Positions 56,695 to 64,000 of a DNA stretch of 64,000 nucleotides are shown piece after piece. Positions within the stretch are counted from its first letter, which is position 1, and the number at the start of each line of letters is the position of its first letter. The notes below the pieces were generated by a model that was given only the letters and a program-made list of their open reading frames with translations, was not told the DNA's origin and ran no database searches. Source of the DNA: an uncultured delta proteobacterium (lineage in GTDB: Bacteria > Desulfobacterota > Desulfobacteria > Desulfobacterales > UBA2156); contig CAVTQK010000021.1 of NCBI GenBank assembly GCA_963736855.1, forward strand, positions 288,001 through 352,000. The letters are read 5' to 3'. The translations under genes were made by a program, and so were the position numbers.

Positions 56695-58795
56695 ATGCGA
56701 AAAGTTATTATAATATCTATGTCCATGATATTTTTTCTTGCCGTAGGGATCTTTTTTGAAAAATCTCCCTTCTTTAAAAGAAGCAGAGAATATGCACATG
56801 AAAAATCCATTCCGATGGGATTTTTCGACCGTGGACATGGAGCACTGGGGCGCATCTTGAAACAATTATCGGTGATCAGAGTAATTCCGAGAAGATGACC
56901 AGTTCGATCCGATGAAAGCAACGAAAAACAGCGCACTGCTGAAGATCAATATCCAAACCGAAGGGGAAGAGCGATTCCAGGTTTATTGGGCCGATGAAAG
57001 CCATCAGTATGATGAGAGAAGATCGAATATCATTTTTCTCAGAATGAGCGAAAATGATTATTATTTGAACTTAGTCGATCTAAAAACGATTCGGTGGCTG
57101 AGAATCGATCCGACAGATAAGCCCTCAAAAGTGTTGATTAAAGAAATGTCGATTGAGCAGGAAGGATATGACCTGATCCAGTATAAGAAAAATGAAGATT
57201 TTGAAAAAATGATTCCACTCAATGATATCAGAGAAATTTCTTTCGGTTCTGAAGGGGCAACAGTAGTAACTTCAGGCGATGATGCCCATTTTGAAATCTC
57301 AATAGAGGCCAGGGTATCAAAAGAAGCCGATAATAAATTGATGAATGAGAGCATTTTTTCAAAAAAGCGACGGATTACAGAGAATCTTTATACGGTGAAC
57401 CCGGGACGCGCGGAAGAATTTCCAAGCAGCAGACTGGTGAGTAACGAATTGATTCAAAAAAATGTTCCGATCCTTTCGGTTGCAACCGAAGAAGACTCTC
57501 TGCATGGATATCGAAGGGGTATCATCCAAAACTGGTGGCAAAGAGGACAAAACTGGGAACGCTTGGCGTATGTATCCTATTACGAAAACGGAAAGCTGCA
57601 ATTTGCCACAAGCGCCGGACTGCGATTGCAAGGCGGGAGCACTCGAAAAGCAGGAATCAACTTCAGGCTCTATTTTCGAAAAAAATATGGAATGAAAGAA
57701 ATAGAACCCGGAATGATATTCGGTTCGAATACGCAACCGATCAAGAGACTTGTGATATCTTCAGATCGATCGAGCCCAAGATTTAATAACCCCCTTGCAT
57801 TGAAATTGCACGTAAGTCGGTTGCTTAACGCCTGAAATAAAGCCTGTATATTTTCTTTTAAACGGAAAACCACCTGTCGATATCGCATATTTTGTAATCG
57901 AGTGTTTAGATAAAAAACAATGGATAAATCATATCGGACATGACGATTTCATATTTCTTACGTTAAGGACTCAGGAATAATATTCCTGATGATCAAATGC
58001 ATTATGATGAGCTTGAAAAAAAAATCAACCATAAAGAACGCATGACGATGGATGAAGTTTATAAAGATATCGACATCGACAACCTTTCCCGATTCATTAT
58101 CACAACAGTATTTTGCGGAAACTGGGATAATGTTCAGGGAGCAGCGATTTTTAATAGAGAAGAGTGCGGATCCAAAATGGTTCTGGGTGATGTGGGATAT
58201 GGATGTTTCGTTTCTTGATCATGAGAGGGAAAATATTCAAAGGAGAGCTTTGGAAGCAAAAAGGATTTTCAATAACCTTGCAAGATGAATTTAGAATGAC
58301 GCTCTTTAGACGTTTGATGGAGGAGTGCCCGAAATACCATCAATATTTTTTAGAGATTATTTATGGATATATTGAATCATCAAATCAACAAATCTTTTTT
58401 ACTGTCTCAAATCGAAAAATATGAAACAATATCCAAAGCGATGTTTGATTCAAAGCCGTATTTTAATAGTCAAACCATGCGGGAATTCATGGAGAATCGC
58501 TCAGGTTTTCTTAGAAATGATTTAAACAAATATTACGGAGACAAATTCCCAATTAAAGAAAGCGTTCCTTGCACAGGTCGAGGGTCCTCCTGAGATCACT
58601 TATCGAATCGACGGCTATTTGGAAAAGCCGGGGTATCAGGGATGGTATTTCAAAGGCCAGACCATCGATATTCAAATTGAAAAGCCATTTCAGAACCGGT
58701 TTTCTCATTGGATCGTCAATGGGGAGAAAAAAACAGATGAACACCTGATTCTTCCCGTTGACGGTGAGATGGTTATCGAGCCTTCGTTCAACTAA
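56695..58795 (+). CDS. CotH-kinase family protein 2 with N-terminal anchor and beta-rich insert, heavily frameshifted
   Basis: WERLAYVSYYENGKLQFATSAGLRLQGGSTR, FRLYFRKKYG, GNWDNVQG and WFWVMWDMDVSF motifs; paralogue of 47883-49411. Confidence 0.8.
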
Positions 58796-58840
58796 TAATT
58801 TTATCCCGATTTTTTTAAAACAAAGTTCAATCTTCCTGCC

Positions 58841-60022
58841 ATGAAAATTTTAATGATCGCACCGCAACCCTTTTTTTCACCGAGGGGGACGCCGTTCAGC
58901 GTCTTGTATCGTCTGCATGCCTTATCGAAACTCGGACACCAGGTCGATCTTGTGACCTATCATATCGGAAAAGACGTCCCGATCAAAAACGTTTCGATCA
59001 AACGGATACCGGCGATTCCCTTTGTCAAGAGCATCCGCATCGGACCTTCAAAGATAAAAATCCTGCTGGATTTTTTTATCCTTCTAAAAACCGTTCAACT
59101 GCTGCTTCAGGGGGACTATGACGTCATTCACTCTCACGAAGAGGCCGGCTTCTTCTCGACCTGGCTTGCCAGGATATTCGGTATCAAACACCTCTATGAT
59201 ATGCATTCCTCTTTACCGCAGCAGCTCAACAACTTTAAGTTTACGACATCCAAGTTGTTGATCCATTCTTTTGAAATGCTTGAAAAAAATACACTCAAAA
59301 ATGCCGATGGGGTAATCACCATCTGCCCGGCGCTGTTCGATTACGTGGAGGGGTTGTTTCCCGAAAAAAATCAGGCGCTCATCGAAAACGTGGTGGATAA
59401 TTCCTGGGTTTTGGAATCCGGAAACGAAACCGTTTTTTCTCTGATGCAGCGCTATGGGCTCAAGAACGATTTGAAAATTCTCTATACCGGAACATTCGAA
59501 CCCTATCAAGGGATCGATTTGTTGATTGAATCGGCCAAAGAGGTGGTGAAACACCATTCCGAAGTGACCTTTCTTCTTGTGGGGGGTGATCCGAAACAGA
59601 TTTCGCACTACAGACAGCAGGTTGATGAAGCCGGTTTGGGAAGTCAGGTTATCTTCACAGGGCAGGTGTGGCCTAATCTGATCCCGCTCTTTATCGAACT
59701 TTCGGATATTTTGGTTTCCCCGAGAATTGAAGGAAACAACACGCCGTTAAAAATTTACTCCTATTTAAGATCCGGAAAGCCGATTGTCGCCACCGATCAT
59801 CCGACCCATACCCAGGTCCTTAACGACCAAATCGCGGTATTGACGAAGATGACACCCGAATCGTTTTCCAGTGGAATAATAAAATTGATAAATAACAGTA
59901 AGTTGAGAAAAGAAATATCAGATAAAGCATTAGATATGGCAACTGCCAAATACAGCTTCGAAGGATATCTGTCAAAGACTAAGAAAATATACGAAAGTCT
60001 CGAGATAAAGGCGGGGAACTGA
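58841..60022 (+). CDS. GT4 glycosyltransferase
   Basis: APQPFFSPRGTP, YTGTFEPYQG and TPLKIYSYL motifs. Confidence 0.88.
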   Translation: MKILMIAPQPFFSPRGTPFSVLYRLHALSKLGHQVDLVTYHIGKDVPIKNVSIKRIPAIPFVKSIRIGPSKIKILLDFFILLKTVQLLLQGDYDVIHSHEEAGFFSTWLARIFGIKHLYDMHSSLPQQLNNFKFTTSKLLIHSFEMLEKNTLKNADGVITICPALFDYVEGLFPEKNQALIENVVDNSWVLESGNETVFSLMQRYGLKNDLKILYTGTFEPYQGIDLLIESAKEVVKHHSEVTFLLVGGDPKQISHYRQQVDEAGLGSQVIFTGQVWPNLIPLFIELSDILVSPRIEGNNTPLKIYSYLRSGKPIVATDHPTHTQVLNDQIAVLTKMTPESFSSGIIKLINNSKLRKEISDKALDMATAKYSFEGYLSKTKKIYESLEIKAGN

Positions 60023-60027
60023 ATCGA

Positions 60028-61941
60028 ATGTGCGGAATCTGTGGCATTGTGAACTTCGAAAAAGAACATCTTGTTGAGCATGAAGATATTCGAAGAATGT
60101 GTCGCGTCATGATCCATCGTGGACCGGATGATGAAGGGATATGGATCGGGAAAAACGTCGGATTGGGGATGCGCCGATTGAGCATTATTGATTTGGTTAC
60201 CGGGAATCAACCGATTACAAATGAAGATGAGTCGATATGGATCGTATGCAACGGCGAGATCTATAATCATCATGAATTGAGGAGCGATCTCGAACAAAAG
60301 GGGCATGTATTCAGGACAAAATCAGACGTGGAATCGATCCTTCATGCCTATGAGGAATACGGTGAAGCGTGTTCGAAGTATTTAAATGGAATGTTCGCCT
60401 TTATTATCTGGGATAGATCGAAAAACCGCTTGCTCGTATCCAGGGACAGGATAGGGAAAAAACCGTTGTATTATTATCATGACAAGAACCGATTCATCTG
60501 CGGCTCGGAACTTAAAGCGATACTCCAGGTGAATGATATTCCTCGGCAGATTGATCTTGAGGCTTTGGATCATTACCTGACGTTTGAATACATTCCGGGT
60601 CCATTATCAATATTTAGAGATATTAAAAAAGTGATGCCGGGTCATTACCTTGTTCTCCAAGATGGGAAGATCCAGACGCGAGCGTACTGGAATATCCAGG
60701 AAAACCACAGCAATCAGAACCTGGCCGAACTCAAACATCATATTCGGGAACTGTTTCAGGATTCAGTTAAAATCCGGCTGATGAGCGATGTTCCTCTGGG
60801 AGCGTTTCTTTCCGGCGGAATCGATTCGAGCATCGTCGTCGCCTTAATGGCACGGGTTATGGATCGACCCGTTAAAACCTTTTCGATCGGCTTTGAAGAA
60901 TCGACGTACAATGAGCTGGAATATACGAGAATCATTGCAAGGCGATTTAAAACCGAACATCATGAATTCATCATCAAACCGGATGCGGTGTCTTTGACGG
61001 AGAAGCTGCTCGGATATCTGGACGAACCGTTGGGGGATTTTTCCATTTTTCCGACGTATCTGGTATCAAAAATGGCGCGTGAATACGTAACGGTCGCCCT
61101 GTCAGGAGATGGAGGGGATGAACTCTTTGCCGGATATGATACGTATATTGCCGACAAAATGGCTTCTTACTATCAAAGGATGCCGAAGTCCGTTCAAAAC
61201 GGTCTGATGGCTAAGTTCGTTAACTCGATCCCGCCGTCGGCGAAGAAGAAAGGGTTTGTAAACCGTTCAAAGCGGTTTATTGAAGGAACACTGTTGCCGA
61301 ACCGGTTGCGGCATGCGCGATGGATGATCTTTTTGCAGCAAAGTGAAAAGGATTTATTGTACGACGAGGATCTGAAAGCGAATCTTTCGGGGACGGATTC
61401 CTATCATTACCTTTACAGCTATTTTAATGAAGCCAGGCAGTACGATCCGAAAGATGAATTGAATCAACAATTATACGTCGACATCAAAACGTATCTGGTT
61501 GACGACATCCTCGTAAAAGTGGACCGCATGAGTATGGCCGAGTCGATAGAAGCAAGAGCGCCGTTTTTGGATTATCGCTTTGTGGAGCTGATAGCATCCA
61601 TCCCTGGAAAATTGAAATTGAAAGGGATGCAAACCAAATGGATATTGAAAGATGCCATGAAAGACCTTTTGCCCAAAGAAATCTTAACCCGAGGGAAGGA
61701 AGGATTCAGCATCCCGATAAAAAATTGGCTGCAAAACGAATTGAGGCCCATGATGATGGATATCCTTTCATCGGATCGGATTGCAAGCGGAGGGTTGTTC
61801 AATTCACAATATATCGATAAAATGAAAATCGAACATCTCAACGGGACCCAGAACCACAGCCATCGTCTTTGGGCGCTGATGGTTTTTGAAATTTGGAAAG
61901 ATAAATATCTGAAACCGGCAAACCCATCAACCTCAACGTAG
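60028..61941 (+). CDS. asnB: Asparagine synthase-like glutamine amidotransferase 2
   Basis: MCGICG, HRGPDD, LSGGIDSS, LSGDGGDELFAGY and KVDRMSMA motifs. Confidence 0.92.
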   Translation: MCGICGIVNFEKEHLVEHEDIRRMCRVMIHRGPDDEGIWIGKNVGLGMRRLSIIDLVTGNQPITNEDESIWIVCNGEIYNHHELRSDLEQKGHVFRTKSDVESILHAYEEYGEACSKYLNGMFAFIIWDRSKNRLLVSRDRIGKKPLYYYHDKNRFICGSELKAILQVNDIPRQIDLEALDHYLTFEYIPGPLSIFRDIKKVMPGHYLVLQDGKIQTRAYWNIQENHSNQNLAELKHHIRELFQDSVKIRLMSDVPLGAFLSGGIDSSIVVALMARVMDRPVKTFSIGFEESTYNELEYTRIIARRFKTEHHEFIIKPDAVSLTEKLLGYLDEPLGDFSIFPTYLVSKMAREYVTVALSGDGGDELFAGYDTYIADKMASYYQRMPKSVQNGLMAKFVNSIPPSAKKKGFVNRSKRFIEGTLLPNRLRHARWMIFLQQSEKDLLYDEDLKANLSGTDSYHYLYSYFNEARQYDPKDELNQQLYVDIKTYLVDDILVKVDRMSMAESIEARAPFLDYRFVELIASIPGKLKLKGMQTKWILKDAMKDLLPKEILTRGKEGFSIPIKNWLQNELRPMMMDILSSDRIASGGLFNSQYIDKMKIEHLNGTQNHSHRLWALMVFEIWKDKYLKPANPSTST

Positions 61942-62086
61942 ATTTAGCTTTTGAATATCTGTGTTTTGCGATAATCAACATTGAAGGTTCTTTTGCGCCC
62001 TTAGGGATAAACGGTTTTAAAACACATATAAAAATGGTCACAAAGCGAGCAAACTCGAACTTTTAAAGCTTATTTAGTAAACGATC

Positions 62087-63088
62087 ATGAACTGGAAAAA
62101 TAAACACATTCTTGTCACAGGCGGCGCCGGATTTATTGGCTCACACCTGGTGGAAGCGCTTGTTGAAAAAGGAGCGATCGTAACGGTTGCCGACAACTTG
62201 TGGAGAGGGAAAATTGAAAACCTGAAAAACCATGATGCACTCGACTTAATCGACCTTCAGAATGATTTTTTTCAGGTGGATCTTACTCAAAACGAAAATT
62301 GCAGGCGTGTTACACGAAAGCAAGATATGGTTTTTCATTTGGCGGATGTGGTGGCCGGGATCAATTATGTGTTCGGAAATGAGCTGTCGCTTTTTAATTC
62401 CAACGTGTTGATCAACACGAATATGCTTCACGCATCAATCGAATCCCAGGTGGATCAATTCATATATGTCGGAACGGCCTGCAGTTATCCCAAGGAAAAG
62501 CAGAACAAGCTTAATATGCCGCTTTTGAAAGAAGAAGATGTATTTCCAGCCAATCCGGAATCTTCTTATGGTTGGAGCAAACTCATGGGAGAGTATGAAT
62601 GTTCTCTGGCATTAGAAGAAAATTTGATTAATGTTGGAGTGCTCCGTTTGCACAATGTTTATGGACCAAAGACCGATTTTTCTCCCGAAAAATCCCAGGT
62701 GATTCCCTCATTAATTCGGAAAGCGATCAACTACCCTGCAGAGGAATTTATCGTTTGGGGATCCGGTGAACAGCGAAGGGCTTTTATCTATGTTGATGAT
62801 GTTATCGAAGCACTCCTTCTGGTGGCGGAAAAAGGAATGAATCAGGGACCCATTCAAATCGGACCGGATTACAGCACATCGATTCGTGAAATCGCGGAGA
62901 CCATCGTAGCCATTTCAGAAAAGAATATTTCCATTGTTTATGATACATCGAAACGAGAAGGAGACAAAGACAGGGCGGCGGATTGGACAAAAGCCAAAGA
63001 GATTCTTGGCTGGAGTCCCAAAACAACCATAAAAGATGGATTAACCGCAACGTATAACTGGATTAAGGAAAAATTGATAAGCTTGTAA
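62087..63088 (+). CDS. NAD-dependent epimerase/dehydratase (GDP-mannose 3,5-epimerase-like)
   Basis: TGGAGFIGS, GTACSYP, YGWSK and HNVYGP motifs. Confidence 0.8.
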   Translation: MNWKNKHILVTGGAGFIGSHLVEALVEKGAIVTVADNLWRGKIENLKNHDALDLIDLQNDFFQVDLTQNENCRRVTRKQDMVFHLADVVAGINYVFGNELSLFNSNVLINTNMLHASIESQVDQFIYVGTACSYPKEKQNKLNMPLLKEEDVFPANPESSYGWSKLMGEYECSLALEENLINVGVLRLHNVYGPKTDFSPEKSQVIPSLIRKAINYPAEEFIVWGSGEQRRAFIYVDDVIEALLLVAEKGMNQGPIQIGPDYSTSIREIAETIVAISEKNISIVYDTSKREGDKDRAADWTKAKEILGWSPKTTIKDGLTATYNWIKEKLISL

Positions 63089-63170
63089 AAGGCCGATTTA
63101 CCGGATTCTTGATGCATTGAAGATGCCTCTGACACTCGAACCCTTTAATCCGATTTTATTTGAGGTTTTT

Positions 63171-63893
63171 ATGACACAAAAAGATTTTGATTTTAGTGTA
63201 GTGATTCCCACCTATTTTGAAGAGCAGACCATTGGTTTTGTTCTGGATGAGGTCAATGAGTTAAAAAGCGATCACCACATGGAAGTCATCGTCGTTGACG
63301 ATACCTCGAAGGACAAAACGCGCAATATTGCCGAGGAAAAAGGAGCCCGCGTTCTCATCAATCCCAATAGAAAAGGAAAGGGATCCAGCCTTCTTTATGG
63401 TTTTTCCAAAAGCAAAGGTAAGTATTTGGTCATGATGGATGGCGACGGCTCCCACCGAGCCGTTGATGCTCCAAAACTGCTGGAAGTTTTGGAGAAGGAG
63501 CCGCAGGTGGGGCTGGTCATTGCTTCGAGGATCATGGGCGGAAGCGACGAATACACGCCAATCAAGGCGCTGGGTAATGTTTTTCTGACCTATTTTACAG
63601 GGCTTTTCCTCAAACGCTATTTATCGGATGCCATTAACGGTTTCAAAGCATTCCGAAGAGAAATATTTGACTGTTCCGAATTCGATTCCTATTCATTTGA
63701 CTTGGAAATTGAACTCATCGCGAACACCATGAGAAGAGGTTTTCAGGTAAAGGAAGTCGCCAGCCATGAGAGAGAGCGGTTGGCAGGGGAAGCAAAGGCA
63801 AAGATACTTCAGGATGGAACCCGGTTTTTCTTAAGAATTTTCAAGGAATACCTGAAAAACAGGCGACTGGACAAAAGTTGTAAGTCCGCTTAA
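63171..63893 (+). CDS. DPM1-like GT2 glycosyltransferase
   Basis: SVVIPT, VVDD, GKG, MDGDGSH and GFKAFRR motifs. Confidence 0.88.
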   Translation: MTQKDFDFSVVIPTYFEEQTIGFVLDEVNELKSDHHMEVIVVDDTSKDKTRNIAEEKGARVLINPNRKGKGSSLLYGFSKSKGKYLVMMDGDGSHRAVDAPKLLEVLEKEPQVGLVIASRIMGGSDEYTPIKALGNVFLTYFTGLFLKRYLSDAINGFKAFRREIFDCSEFDSYSFDLEIELIANTMRRGFQVKEVASHERERLAGEAKAKILQDGTRFFLRIFKEYLKNRRLDKSCKSA

Positions 63894-63961
63894 TGTAGAA
63901 CCGCTCTGCCATTTTGTTCACCACCCAAATCCTTTTTTAGTTTTAGAAAATTTTATCATAA

Positions 63962-64000
63962 ATGAAAGTTCAACTGTTTATTCCGCCGCAAGGATATGTC
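63962..64000 (+). CDS. Start of next CDS (MKVQLFIPPQGYV...), truncated by window; possibly a B12 radical SAM protein
   Basis: The MKVxLxxPP N-terminus is typical of cobalamin radical SAM proteins, but only 13 codons are visible. Confidence 0.35.
   Translation, partial: MKVQLFIPPQGYV

Noticed and set aside
47883..58795. Sporulation (spore coat) genes
   Set aside because: CotH-family kinases are widespread in non-sporulating bacteria, and there are no other sporulation genes here.
1962..63455. Numerous short minus-strand and alternate-frame ORFs in the track
   Set aside because: They are shadows of well-supported + strand genes and have no recognisable motifs; the IS4 transposase fragments are the exception.

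Overview
This 64 kb window is the interior of one very large surface-glycan (LPS/capsule/glycoprotein) biosynthesis locus. Almost every gene lies on the + strand. The IS and CFI-box protein types suggest a Desulfobacterota-like host (inference). The first half (0.4-33.7 kb) holds at least three nonulosonic-acid modules. Together they carry three NeuB-type synthases, four NeuA-type CMP-synthetases plus one relic, two NeuC-type epimerases, and a legionaminic-acid set (LegB/LegC/NeuD-like/LegI/LegG/PtmE). Decorating enzymes include a WbuXYZ amidotransferase trio, TylF and class I methyltransferases, a ThDP transketolase-like enzyme, a B12 radical-SAM enzyme, a sulfotransferase and AsnB. The second half has GT4/GT2 glycosyltransferases, a GT-C-like membrane protein, gmd/fcl, and two large GT2 proteins carrying arrays of a ~38-aa repeat. 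It also has a secreted SGNH hydrolase with a CFI-box C-terminal domain and a VTC (polyphosphate polymerase)-DUF4956-CotH kinase module, with a second CotH paralogue upstream; this module is the best candidate for an undescribed system. There are two IS elements: a partial IS5-family element at the left edge and a degenerate IS4-family element at 9.8-11.0 kb. A relic at 13.5 kb records a cassette duplication followed by a microhomology-bounded deletion. Many genes are split by single-base indels that look like long-read assembly errors, so they are annotated as joined CDSs with approximate ends. No rRNA, tRNA or CRISPR array was seen.
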